Shown: positions 46,110 through 59,169 of the stretch, in pieces | How positions within the stretch are numbered: position 1 is the stretch's first letter | Layout of the letters: each line of letters starts with the position of its first letter | Assembly: GCA_951406725.2 (NCBI GenBank) | Contig: OX597840.1 | Span: forward strand, 13,516,001-13,580,000 | DNA from: Octopus vulgaris | Lineage: Eukaryota | Reading direction: 5' to 3' | Length of the DNA stretch: 64,000 nucleotides | Position numbers and translations under genes: made by a program | Notes under the pieces: generated by a model | What the model was told of the DNA's origin: nothing | What the model saw: the letters and a program-made list of their open reading frames with translations, nothing else | Database searches by the model: none

Positions 46110-46388
46110 CTGATTAATTAACAAATAATTTAATCAGTTTTAATAATTTATAAAACTGTTGCATACTTTTACAAGGAAACTGATTAACACAGGCAGACAC
46201 TGGCAAGCATGTACACTCACACACACACACACACACACATACATACATACATACATACATACATACATACATACATACATACATACATACATAGGCAGCC
46301 ACGTACAGACACGCACACATCTGTACATATACACTGACACGTGCACATACACACGCATGTATGTACACTCACACAAACACAAACACAA

Positions 46389-46472
<84 letters not shown>

Positions 46473-46477
46473 ATATA

Positions 46478-46895
46478 TGCGCTGGCTCGGTCCAGTACAT
46501 CGCATGCCAGACGGAAGAATCCCAAAAGATCTCTTGTATAGGGAATTGTCCAGCGGCACAAGAGCACGAGGACGTCTGCAAGAGAGATATGATGTCAATA
46601 GATTTAGACAACACGAGATGGGAGGAGGTCACAAGTATTCGCCCACGCTGGAGTCAAATACTGCGAAACGGGATGAAGCGAGGGGAAGAAAAGCAGGAAC
46701 TTGCCATCAAAGGAAACTGCACTCGACGGAAGGAAAAACCAGTAGCACCGGCAGAGAGTTCCTTCAAATGCAGTTGCTGTATGCGTGACTGCCACTCGCT
46801 TGTGGGCCTGTACTGCCACAAGAGATGCTGTACCACCTTCAGCAGCTGACACAATTTCTTCGGGTGCAGATCCATGGCTTCGCGGGACCGACAAC
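46478..46895 (+). mobile_element. RTE LINE 3' fragment with C2H2-like knuckle
   Basis: Encodes RWLGPVHRMPDGRIPKDLLY.EL..G.R..GR and FKCSCCMRDCHSLVGLYCHKRCC. Confidence 0.8.
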
Positions 46896-48385
46896 TGCAT
46901 ACTACAAACGCACACACAAACACACATACACGCACACGTGCAGGCACATGCACACACACGTACACACATACACACACAAACACACATACACGCACGCGTA
47001 CACACACATACACACACACACACACACGCATGATCTTTTATTCCAGTCTCCATCATTAGGTTTGTAGCCAGAATTAGATTTACCACAAGAGTTACGTCCC
47101 CTCTGCAGAGTTACCTACATTCGTAAAACTGTAGTTGTAATTATCATGTTAAAACATCTATGCTACTATACACACGGATGCGCAATGGCTCAGTGGTTAG
47201 GGCAGCGGACTCGTGGTCATAGAATCGAGGTTCCGATTCCTAGACCGGGTGTTGTGAGTGTATATTGAGCAAAAACACCTAAAGCTCCACGTAGCTCCGG
47301 CAGGAGATGGTGGTGAACCCTGCTGTATTCTTCCCCTACAACTTTCTCTCTCTCTTTCTTCCAGTTACTGTTGTATCTGTATTTGAAAGGCCAGCCTTGT
47401 CACACTTTGTGTCACGCTGAATCTCTCCGAGAACTACATTAAGGGTACACGTGTCTGTGGAGTGCTCAGCCATTTATACCTTAATTTCACTAGCAGGCTG
47501 TACCATTGATCGGATCAACTGGAACCCACTATAGACGCACGATCTACTGTCTATATGCATACGTACGTACGTACATACATACATGCATACATGCATGCAT
47601 GCATGCATACATACATACATTCATACATGCACGCATACATGCATACATACATACATACATACATACATGCACGCATACATACATACATACATGCATACAT
47701 ACATACATACAAACAAACAAAGACCCACTTCAATCACGGATGACCATGGTATTGCACCTAGAAAGTTACCCTCCGAGGCACAAATCTGGACATGGTTTTT
47801 CTTTTTTATGGAAGACCAGCAGTCGTCAATGCATACCAGCCTCCTCTCTCCACGCCACTGATGTTATCCAAGGGAAAGGCAAAGGCTGATACAGCTTGGC
47901 ACCAGTGTCATCACAACTTATTTCTACAGCTGAGTGAACTGGAGCAATGTGAAATAAAGTATCTTGCTCAAGAACACAACACACAGCCCAGTCCGGGATT
48001 CGAACTCACTACTTCTAGATTACAACTAGATGCTCTAACCACTGAGTCATGTGTCTTCAAATGCAGAGAAACTGTTTTTTACTTCACTTAATCATTTATT
48101 ATTTAGTGCCAAAATCTTCATCACTGACCAGGTTGCAAACAACACAATGAAAATTTTGATACCAAGTAAGTAAATGGGTGAATGAAGTTAATAGTTTCTG
48201 TGAATTTTTTAATGGTTAACAAAAGTCATGGATGTTTAATGAATGTAATTATGATTGAATATTTACAACACAGTAGCAAAGTAAAAGGAAATGTGTTTAT
48301 TAATTCTGTCAACTGGTCAATGATAATATTTTTATATAAAATGAATCAAAAATTATTTTTATGTCTTTAGAGAATCTCTAAATAC

Positions 48386-48524
48386 CTTCAGCTTTCAGTA
48401 ATTCATACTGCTCATGGTCATAAGTGAAATCATAATCATTATAAAATTGGTCACTCACAGAAAGGTAACTGCTTACTGTATCATAACGGGATTTCTTCAT
48501 CAAAATGTTACCATTTGTCAAAGG
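48386..48524 (-). CDS. GCLC: GCLC-like exon
   Basis: Acceptor ccttttAG, donor GTattt. Encodes PLTNGNILMKKSRYDTVSSYLSVSDQFYNDYDFTYDHEQYELLKAE(G), with the KSRYD motif. 139 nt. Confidence 0.95.
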
Positions 48525-48769
48525 CTAAAAGGAGAAGGTATAAAGTCAAAACAACTCAAAGTTGTAAGAATAAGCTGCTGTTTTTGACATGAAGAGAAGA
48601 TATTATGAAGTAAGAATGATAGCTTTATGTAAAAGCACAAAAATATGCTACTGTTTATGACATGAGAACAATATATTTGTCCACGAGAAATTGAAATAAC
48701 TTAAAAATTAGTGAAATATTCTCAAAAATACTTCATGACAACAAGACATATCTGTTCTGGAAGCACACA

Positions 48770-50345
48770 TCACTAACACGAGGAAAATGGTATATCGTTA
48801 CCATTTAGTATGGACTGGAAGGTAATGCAGCTAGAGACTCTTAGTTAAAACCCAATCTTGTGAATCCTTGGCAGAAAACCTACTCAACTTCTTCATAGAA
48901 TGAAAGAACTTCTCGGAAATCAACAGATAGAAGAGTCTTATCTTAAGGAAGTTTTCTTTGGCAAGTTACCTCAAACACTACTTTCAGCAGTGAAAGAGCA
49001 AAATTCTCTCAAACAATTGGCATATTTGGCAGATGGTTTTATGGAATTAACTTCTAGATAGTCTGTAAATACCTTGCCATCCAATTCTTCAGAATTACAG
49101 TTGATGAGAGAAACTTATGAGAAACAATTTAAATTATTAACAGACAAGATCGAAAGTTTTCAACTGGGAAGAGATAAATGCTCTTATAATAGAAATAATG
49201 CAAGATGGTGCAGATGATTGAAAAGACCCAAGAGAAATGCTAGAAAATTGAAGCTATCACTTTAAAGGATGATGAATTAAAGGCTTTTCAAAGCATAAAA
49301 GAAAAACTGTGAAGCAACACTCTTAAACCATCCAATTCCTGAAGCAAAATTATCGTTGGTAGTTGATGCTTCTGATGTCGGAATCAGTGGAGTTTTACAA
49401 CAGATTCATTGTGGTTCTTGGCAACCATTATCCTTCTTTTAAAAAAAATTCAAGGCACCAGAAACAAAATACAGCATTTTCAGCAGAGAATTGTTGGCAG
49501 TTTACTTGTCAATTAAATACTTCAGAATATCTTCTTGAAGGTCATTTACATTATTTACTAACCATAAACCATTGACACATGCGCTAAAAAATTCTGAAAA
49601 ATATTCTCCCAGAGAAATTAGACACCTTGATTATATTTCACAGTATACTGTGGATACACAGTATATCAAGGGTGTTGAAAATTCTGCAGCTGATGCACTT
49701 TCTCGAATGAATGTTGATGCATTAATTTCATTAAGCACTATCAATTTAGAAGAAATGTCTCAAGATCAAACTACTGATAAAGAATTTTCTGTATATAAAG
49801 ATTCCAGTTCTACTTCTTTGAAATTTAAATTGTTGCCAATTCATTCTTGTAAATTACATATTTGGTGTGATATTTCTACTGGTTTTTCTAGACAATTTGT
49901 ACCTGAAAGACATAGAAAAGTTGTTTGTTCTACTTTACATAAATTATCTCATCCTGGTATTGGAGTTTCATTAAAATTAATATCGAGTCACTTTATTTGG
50001 CCTGGTATGAATAAGGATATTTGTTCTTGGGTTCAATCGTGTATGCAGTGCCAAGAAGCAAAAGTAAATCATCACATTAAAGCACCTTAGGTACTTTTTC
50101 AAATCTTGGTGCCAGATTCCAACACATTCATATTGACATAGTTGGACCATTACCTCCAGTGGAAGGTAATTATTTGTTAACATGCATAGATCGTTTTTCG
50201 CGATGGCCAGAAGCTTATCCAATCAAAGACATATCTGCAGTAACTATAACAAGAACTTTATTTACAAATTGGACATCTATATTTGGCATACCCAACACAT
50301 TGACAACAGATCGTGGAAGACAATTTGAGTCTACACTTTTCATAG
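48770..50345 (+). mobile_element. Ty3/Gypsy LTR retrotransposon remnant (gag, RNase H, integrase)
   Basis: Gag-like LGRKPTQLLHRMKELL, RNase H DAS...RELLAVY, HKPL, ENSAADALSR, integrase H..SHPG...[21 protein letters not shown] and [10 protein letters not shown]. Contains stops and frameshifts; no LTRs seen. Confidence 0.9.
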
Positions 50346-50759
50346 AAAATATTTTTCAGAAGAATTTTTTAGTGCATGTGTCAAGAGTTCAGAAAAATGG
50401 TTTTATTATCCACAGGCCATTCCTGTCTTTGTTGGCATCAGCTTACATATTTCACCAAACTCTGCTGCATTTATTAAAGCTATTCCTAAAAATATTTATA
50501 GACCCAGGAAGACATGGGATGTGGTGGTAAAGCACGATCTTTGAACATTGGGCCTCACAGAGGCAATGATGAGATATGCTGGAAATATGCTGTGATTGGG
50601 AAGACCCGGCAACTAAAGTGAGATCGCAGTCGTGGATGGTACCAGTGTTGCATAACTAGCCCATTTAAAAGTACCCTTGAATCATTGGGCGATAAATTGA
50701 GCTCGAGAAGACCTGTTGAGTCAAGTGAAATTGTAATCGTGGCAGCTGACTGGCAACCG

Positions 50760-51180
50760 TGCTGGTGGCACATAAAAAGCACCATTTGAATGTGGTCAAT
50801 ACCAGTGTCCCCTTAGACTCCCATGCCAGTGGAACATAAAAAGCACCATCCAAACGTGGCCAATGCCAGTGCCACCTGACTGGCTCCTGTGCCAGTGACA
50901 CATAAAAAGCACCATCCAAACGTGGCTAATGCCAGTGCCCCCTGACTGGCTCTTGTGCCAGTGGAACATAAAAAGCATCATCCAAACGTGGCCAATGCCA
51001 GTGCCACCTGACTGGCTCCTGTGCCAGTGGCACATAAAAAGCATCATCCAAACGTGGCCAATGCCAGTGCCAGCTGAGTGGCTCCTGTGCCAGTGGCACG
51101 TAAAAAGCACCATTCAAAAGTGGTTGATGCCAGTACTGCCTGACTGGCTCCAAAGCCGGTGGCATGTAAAAAGCACCCAC
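50760..51180 (+). repeat. ~64-bp tandem repeats in LINE 3' UTR
   Basis: About 6 units of ccagtggcacataaaaagcaccatccaaacgtggccaatgccagtgccacctgactggctcctgtg. Confidence 0.85.
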
Positions 51181-51425
51181 TACACTCTCGGAGTGGTTGG
51201 TGTTAGTAAGAGCATCCAGCTTGCCAGATGAGACTGGAGCCTGGTGCAGCCTACTGACTTGCCAGTCCTCAGTCAAACCGTCCAACCCATCCAGCATGGA
51301 AAACAATGATGATGATGATGATGATGATTTAAAATGACTTTTTCTAAGCAGTTAGAGAAAATACTTTTATGCATTTCTTTTACAGTTTTTATTTTACAGA
51401 GTGAAGCAGATATATTGAAACTCAC

Positions 51426-51542
51426 TTCTAAACCCTGTTCTTGTCTGGTACGGTCATCACAAGACTGAGAAATAGTACACCAGCGACAGTCAGTATCAGA
51501 CAAAAGTCCTCGATAAACTGGAGCCGCTGCTGTTAGAGCTAA
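51426..51542 (-). CDS. GCLC: GCLC-like exon
   Basis: Acceptor tttccAG, donor GTgagt. Encodes [39 protein letters not shown], 39 codons. Confidence 0.95.
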
Positions 51543-52024
51543 CTGGAAATTAAAATTTTTAAAATTCATTCGTTAACGATTACATGAAACACCATAAAAC
51601 AATGTATAATAAGCAATTAAAGATAAAAATTAAATTTCAAAATTAGAGGTATGTATAATGGTTTCTGCTTTAGGCATAAGGCAAAGAATCTTGATGGCGG
51701 AAGAGCTGGTACCATCAATTTCAGTACATGTCTGTTATTTTTATATCATCAACCCAGAATTGATAACTGGTAAACTTGACTCTGGTGATATTTGAACTCA
51801 GAAAAACAAAATACTAGAAGGAATACAACAGGGAATTTCTTCCAATGCTTTAATGATCCTACCTTTGGAGTTAGAATTAATGTAACACAATATTTTCTCT
51901 ATAAATCTATAGAAAGAAGTTATTACATCTATGGGGAATAGATGAGATAATATAATAACTCTCTCTCTCTCTCTTTTTCTCTCTCTCTCCCACTCTGCTT
52001 ATCTCTCACTCTATCTCTCCCACG

Positions 52025-52071
<47 letters not shown>

Positions 52072-52072
<1 letters not shown>

Positions 52073-52373
52073 TAGCAGTATCGCTCGGCGTTGCTCAGGT
52101 TTGTAGGGGAAATAACTATATAAGCATTTTTAGAGAGTTACTTCCCTTATATAAACCGAGCAAAAAAATGCATTAAAAATGTGGAAAAATTATGGTAATT
52201 TTTTTTTTTTAAATCGTAGACTCATCATAGACACGCGCTAATAAGGGCTTGATATGAATCACGACTATAAGATACCCACTTTTGGTTAAACTGCACCACA
52301 AAATGTGGGAATAGTTAGGAATCTAAATCGGAGTAGACTGACACACACACAACTTCAGTTTTATATATAAAGA
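52072..52373 (-). mobile_element. Non-autonomous Helitron
   Basis: Same 3' end as the 45579 copy (plus strand ctagcagtatcgc.cggcgttgctcaggtttg); minus-strand 5' TC; inserted in (TA)n. Confidence 0.8.
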
Positions 52374-52781
52374 TATATCCCACTCTGTTTATCTCTCTCT
52401 CTCTCTCTCTCCCACTCTATTTATCTCTCTCTCTCTCTTTCTCTCCCTCTCTGTTGAGCATATTTCTCTTTATGTCTATGAAGAGTTCAGTTGATAAATT
52501 TTAATGTCTTTCACTCATCCTCTCTTCCTCTATTCTTTCTATGTTTATAGTTCTGCACGTTCGCCGAAAAGTATTGTTGCCAAAACAAACTGAATACCCA
52601 GTCAGCCATGCCAAATCGTCTCATTATTTTCATACAACACAGTGTGTTATATATTCTATGATAAAGTTTTAAGACAGTCTAAGTTTGTATGTGCAGAGCT
52701 ATTTGAAACTTAAATTGCTTGAAAAATAACCAGTATTTAGGCACTTCATGTGTATTCCCATTTCTGTTATTTTCCTCATAG

Positions 52782-53166
52782 TGGGGGCGCAATGGCCCAG
52801 TGGTTAGGGCAGCGGACTCGCAGTCATAGGATCGCGGTTTCGATCCCCAGACCGGGCATTGTGAGTGTTTATTGAGCGAAAACACCTAAAGCTCCACGAG
52901 GCTCCGGCAGGGGATGGTGGTGATCCCTGCTGTACTCTTTCACCACAACTTTCTCTCACTCTTTCTTCCTGTTTCTGTTGTACCTTGTATTTCAAGGGGC
53001 CGGCCTTGTCACTCTCTGTGTCACGCTGAATATCCCCGAGAACTACATTAAGGGTACATGTGTCTGTGGAGTGCTCAGCCACTTACACGTTAATTTCACG
53101 AGCAGGCTGTTCCGTTGATCCGGATCAACCGGAACCCTCGTCGTCGTAACCGACGGAGTGCTTCCA
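52782..53166 (+). mobile_element. Full-length tRNA-derived SINE (copies ~47178-47530 +, ~34745-35036 -, head shared with ~44640-44935)
   Basis: Head gggggcgcaatggcccagtggttagggcagcggact...ggtttcgatccc with A and B boxes, followed by a conserved non-tRNA body. Confidence 0.85.
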
Positions 53167-54665
53167 TCCCCATTTTCCTCATATCATTTGGTATGAAAAC
53201 ATTTTGTATACATCACAAAGTACATACAGAAGCAAAACAAACAAATGTTTTGTTTATCAATTATTTAGTTACATGATTTCATTAACAAAGAATGACTGAT
53301 AATTACAATGCGTAAATTACATAATCAAAATGCATTCTTAATTATTCAGAAATATGTAGCCTTTACCTGTAATATTATTGGTTGTAGTTGGTGATTATCC
53401 CTTTGCCGTTCAATAATCCAATAATGTTACAAATAAGGTTTGAAGATTAGATAATACATTTTGAAAATAGAAATATCATTATTTCTAAATCTCTCTAAAG
53501 GAGACTATGGCAGCAGTCCATTACAAGCTTCAAACAGGGGAGGGCATCAGTTTCCCCACGCTGGCTCAAGTATCCACAGACTAGTTCCAGAGTATTTACC
53601 TCTTATCGATGTGGAGTAGCCAAACACAACAGGTGTCACTGTTGATTATCTGTTTGAAGGTTTATTTATATTCAGTGGAACACATCCACTGGTTTTCAAA
53701 AATAGAAATATTATTATTTCTAAATCTCTCTAAGAGAGACTACGGCAGCAGTAATGGATATTAATAGTTATCGCCAAGCTAATATGGCAGTCCATAAATA
53801 TAGGACAAATGCTGCCGTTGATTAGTTCCAAGAGGCCATCGCCTAGCGATGCCTGCTGTATTCAGCTACTCCACATTGATAATAGAGGCAAGTTTATCAA
53901 AATTAGTCTGTGGATGTTTGAGCCAGCATGAGGGAGCTGATGACCTCCCCTATTCGAAGGTTGTAATGGACACAAGTTCATGTGTCACATAGCTAGCTAG
54001 AAGCAATGGCCTCTCTGAGCTAATCGATGGCAGATTCATCCTGTTTTCCTGGACTGCCATGTTAGCTTGACGATAACTATTAATACATTTTGATTGTGCA
54101 GCAAATAATCGATTTTTGTTAATGAAATATACGTAAGGTGGTGTATCTAAATATCTTATAAGCAATCACATGGCTCATGTTTTGTTTGTGTGTGTGTGTG
54201 TCTCTGGACAGTCTACTCTGTGTGTGTGCGTGCATATGTGTATGTGTGCATGTGTGTGTGCATGCGTGCATGTGTGTTGACAGTCTCTTTATGGTCACAT
54301 TATGTTGTTTGACGGTGTACTTTGACAGTGTAGTTTGACAATGTGGTCAATGTTGATAATATAATGACTGTTAAAAGTAATTACCTGTTGGAAGTATGTA
54401 TGGTATATGTTGGCAATATGTATAAACAGTATAGTTTATGTTGATATTCTAGTTTATACTGACAATATAATATTTTGCACTATTAATAGTGCAGCATATT
54501 TTGTAAGGCAGTCTATGTTGACAGAATATGTTAATAATGTACAGTTAATGCCTGGTTTAGAACAGTTAACGATGTAGTATTCTGTTAAACTTCAGAATCT
54601 AAGCACTACTGAAAATATAATTTCTGCTGGTATTTTAACAAAAGGATGAATAAAGTTATACCCAC

Positions 54666-54883
54666 CATAATTGGAGTAAGAGGTACCAGATTGTCATAAA
54701 GGTAAGCAGCTTCTTTTATATCAGCAGCTTGAAATGTAACTTGGAGAGAACAACAACCAGCCCCAAATGTGAAGGAATCCATGTAAATATAGCCTGGTTT
54801 CAATGATTTCTTCATCTCTTTATTGTCTCCATATTCAGACAAGTCTTCCCCGTATGGCATCATGGTATTTTTATCTTTATAAA
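54666..54883 (-). CDS. GCLC: GCLC-like exon
   Basis: Acceptor ttgtttcAG, donor GTgggt. Encodes YKDKNTMMPYGEDL...IYMDSFTFGAGCCSLQVTFQAADIKEAAYLYDNLVPLTPIM, the GCLC YMD..FG.G...LQVTFQA motif. Confidence 0.95.
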
Positions 54884-55350
54884 CTGAAACAAGAATTTTT
54901 TCTTTCTTTTTTGAGACAAAATCAATTACAAAATAAATTCAATGATATTTTGAAGTGCATTATGCTTTGCATAAATTAACATATATAATTACATTATCAT
55001 GTTGCTTTAAAAAAATTAAGAAATATATTTCAAGGAAATAATGGTTTGAGCAAAAGATCTGAAATGTTGGCACCATGTATACATGATAGTAAATATCTTT
55101 TGTGTAAGTACCAGATATATATATATGCGGAATTTAGGTTAGTTAAAATATGTTTGTAACATATTTCAACAACTTCAACAGGAATATTCACTGCAGTTAC
55201 CATGAAGAAAAATTTCTCTCTTATGGTAAAAGTTTTAAATCTCAATTTATTTTATAAGCTGAAATCTGTCAATTATATGTTAACTAACCTAAAGTTCACT
55301 TACCCCTAAACACTTCTTGGTGATGATACAACTGGATATATATGTGTATA

Positions 55351-55403
<53 letters not shown>

Positions 55404-55429
55404 TATATGTATATATATATATACATATA

Positions 55430-55470
<41 letters not shown>

Positions 55471-55471
55471 C

Positions 55472-55559
<88 letters not shown>

Positions 55560-56605
55560 AGGGGAGAGGTAAATGAAGGGATCAGTGAATTAGACTAATG
55601 AATATATAAAGTGTATTAAATACATGAATTGAACTCAGAATGTAAAGACAGATGAAATACTGCTAAGCATTTCGCCTGACGTGCTAACGTTTCTGCCAGT
55701 TAGCCACCTTATGTGTATATGTGTACATGCATATAACCTTTAAAGATACACTTAACATAAACATCGGTGATATATGTTTTGTCTGTTTTCATATCAAGTT
55801 ATATATAAGAATATAAAATAATTTAATATGAAACCAAAGAATTGCTCATTCCTTTTTAATAGAGAACATGTCAATTAAAATTTTACAAATAGTGGATTGA
55901 CAGAGTCCTTGGCATTTTGGCATACTTGTTTAAGAAATGTTTAACTAATAGTTAAAAATGAAAATGAAAACTATAATTAATTAGTGAAGTTGTGAAAGGA
56001 ATAGTTAGCTAAATATGATATAGAATTGTCCTGGTATACAGAACCACATCACGTCACTGAGGTTCTCAGATCTAGACTTGTATACAAAACAAAAGTTAAG
56101 TACATAGGCACAGGAGTGACTGTGTGGTAAGTAGCTTGCTTACCAACCACATGGTTGAACTCAGAATTTGAATTCAGAACGTAAAGACAGATGAAATACT
56201 GCTAAGCATTTCGCCTGACGTGCTAACATTTCTGCCAGTTGGCCACCTTATGCGTATATGCATACATGCATATAACCTTTAAAGATACACATAAACATCG
56301 TTGATATATATTTTGTGGCACCTTGGGCAAGTGTTTTCTACTATAGCCTCAGGCTGATCAAAGCCTTGTGAGTGGATTTAATAGATGGAAACTGAAAGAA
56401 GCCCATCGTATATATGTATGGCGATTTTTTTTCCCTGTCTTCCTTTCTCTGGATCTTTCCTTCTCCTATGTTTCCGACGAAGAGCTCCGCTTGAAACATT
56501 AAACCCTCCTTCTTCCCTTCCTTCCTGAGCGTCCAATAATACTATATTTGTTCCACGTCCTCGCGTTGTTGTGTTTTCCTTTTGTGTTTTCATGTTTGGA
56601 TTAAC

Positions 56606-56651
<46 letters not shown>

Positions 56652-57177
56652 TGTATGTATGTATGTATGTATGTATGTATGTTGTTGTGTTTGTGTGTCT
56701 GTGTCTGTCCCCCCAACCATCACTTGACAACCGATGTTGGTGTGTTTACATCCCCATAACATAGCGCTTCAGCAAAAGAGACTGATAGAGTAAGTATTAG
56801 GCTTACAATAAATAAGTCCTGGGGTCAATTTGCTTGACTAAAGGCGGTGCTCCAACATGGCCACAGTCAAATGACTGAAACAAGTAAAAGCGTACCGAGC
56901 ATAACACTGGTTTCAAATTTGGCACAAGGCCAGCAATTTCGAAGGGGAGGGGGTAAGTCAATTACATCAATGTCAGTGCTTCACTAGTACTTCTTTTATT
57001 GACACCGAAAGGATGAAAGGCAAAGTTGACCTTGGCTGATTTTCAATTTGAAACGTAAAGACAGATGAAATGTTGCTAAGCATATTGCCCTGCATGCTAA
57101 GAATTCTACCAGCTGGCATCCTTAGTATGGATTAATAATTGAATGACAAAAGAATATGAGTTATGTAATCGCTATCA

Positions 57178-57262
57178 TTGGTTTACAACTGTTTCAGCTG
57201 TAAGGATATGTGCACCCTGAGCTGAGAACCAGTCATACATCCTATAGCTTCATCAGAGCCTT
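57178..57262 (-). ncRNA. Hammerhead ribozyme motif with long stem II (PLE-type)
   Basis: Minus strand reads aaggct CTGATGA AGCTATAGGATGTATG...CATATCCTTACAGCT GAAA CAGTTG TA aacc. Canonical core and near-palindromic stem III; stem I is weak. Confidence 0.65.
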
Positions 57263-57438
57263 AACATGAAGATTTTCTTTATAGAGGAAATTGTTGAAAT
57301 AACTGGAACATTTTCACAATAGTAGCATGATGGTAATCATTTAAGGGTTGTAAAAAAGTTTGTAGAATTATTTATATTTTTATGTTGTGATGTCTTATTT
57401 ATAAGAAAAAGAAGCTATTTTATGTTCAGTATACTCAC

Positions 57439-57497
57439 GCGGTACATTGGTTGCAGTTCTTTCTTTCCTTCTGTATACCATATTTTTAATTCGATCT
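57439..57497 (-). CDS. GCLC: GCLC-like exon (59 nt)
   Basis: Acceptor ttcccaatcaAG, donor GTgagt. Encodes (R)DRIKNMVYRRKERTATNVP(L), aligning to TLTRNIRHRRGEKVVINVPI. Phases fit both neighbouring exons. Confidence 0.85.
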
Positions 57498-57743
57498 CTT
57501 GATTGGGAAAATATGAAATATTTAATACATGAAAATTTTATAATTTTGAAGATAGGGGTTACATTTCAATTCTTTATTGATAAAAAAGCTGGCTGCAATC
57601 TCTACACATTCAATCATACAAAACAGCCCTCTTAATCTTTAGTTTTACTTACATAAGACAAACAGTTCGGATATTCTCAGTTTGAAACACTACTTTGTAA
57701 TAAAGTACTCAATATGTTTTTATATAGAGAGTTTACATATATG

Positions 57744-57789
<46 letters not shown>

Positions 57790-57974
57790 TACATGTATGT
57801 GTATATATATGCATATATATATGTGTATGTATATATATACATATGTATCTATATCTATCTATATATGTATATATAAAATGTATATACATACATATATACA
57901 TGCATGTATGTATATATATATATACATATTTGTACGTGTGCGTATATGTGTGTGTGTGTGTATACACATATTCT

Positions 57975-59152
57975 ACTATATGGCTCAGAAACCTGGACGT
58001 TATCAAAGAAGCTTGAGAGGTGGTTGGATGGAACTCGACACTCCTTATGAGAGCTCAAAAACTCTCGTGGAAGCGCCATCCAACCAAAATGCAAATATAT
58101 GGGAAACTACCACCTGTGTCATCTCTTGTGAAAGGTAGGAGAGTCCAGTTTGCTGGACATTGTTGTAGAGCTGAAAACGAGGCAATTTCTACTCTTCTCA
58201 TCTGGAAGCCATCTACTCGCAATACCAGAGGGCGCACACTCTCCTACCCTGATTTAACCTCCAGAAATACAGGTTTCCTATGGCGGTTTTCTGTTATTTC
58301 TACCTTGAGTTTTCTCTTAGGTTATATTATTTATTTAGGCTTTTCTCTTGAAGCTAGGGAGAACATGATTTATCATCACTTATACTAAAGTGTTATCTTT
58401 AACCCTAACTGCAGTTGTAACATCATATAGACATATACGCATGGAACGCTACATCAACGACCATGTATGTTGAATATTTTAATCGTGTCCTTTAAACCGC
58501 TATAAGAAACATAAAACAAAGATTACAGAAATGCATATTTATCTATGCTCAGTTGAAAAACAAACATGAAGAGAAACATTTTCTTTTTAATTATTTTTTA
58601 TTATATGAATATAACATTTTATATTTATTTACAAGAAGAAAGATATCTTAGTCGTGAAGAAAAACGACTTTAAATTCCTTAGCTAATTTCTTTTTCTATG
58701 TAATACGTTAACCAACAAATCAAAATAGATTTGTGATTAAACGTAGACATGGCATAAAAATTTACCAATGTCTCCAAAAGAGTGAGTGACATGAAGTTAT
58801 ATGAATACCGAACGAACACTGAAATATCTTCCAAAATCCAGGGTTTTTATAACTGCTCACTTGACTCAAAAAGAATCGAAACTCATGACAGATATTCTTT
58901 ACGAAACTTCTAGAATCTTTATATGAGCAGTTATATTAACCAATGGAAAAAAACGAAAATGATATTTCTTCGGCAATACTACATTACGTCATATTGCCAA
59001 TTCGCGCCACATTTCAAAATGGCTAAAATGGCTATTGTTACACAGGCATCAAGCAACAGGACCTCCGTAATGCCATGATGGACCGTGAAGTCTGGCGTAG
59101 CATGGTAAATTCCATTGTCTCGACCACAGTCGAACAATGGATGATGATGATG
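57975..59152 (+). mobile_element. RTE-like LINE fragment split by a ~770-bp insertion
   Basis: Matches 36695-37095 up to ...agaaatacagg (58273) and resumes at cacaggcatc (59041). Confidence 0.8.
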
Positions 59153-59169
59153 AAATTTAATCATCAATG

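Noticed and set aside
50760-51180. Regular ~64-bp repeats superficially CRISPR-like
   Set aside because: No unique spacers or cas genes, eukaryotic context, and the array is part of a LINE 3' UTR also seen at 43000-43170.
52782-52856. tRNA-like sequence
   Set aside because: It is a SINE head: it continues into a conserved repeat body with several copies in the window.
53930-53965. CTGATGA motif as possible hammerhead or snoRNA box
   Set aside because: No downstream GAAA/stem III arrangement; it lies in an inverted-repeat arm.
55150-55245. RFKTFTIREKFFFMVTAVNIPV resembles the short GCLC exon
   Set aside because: No compatible splice sites. The 59-nt exon at 57439-57497 fits sequence and phase much better.
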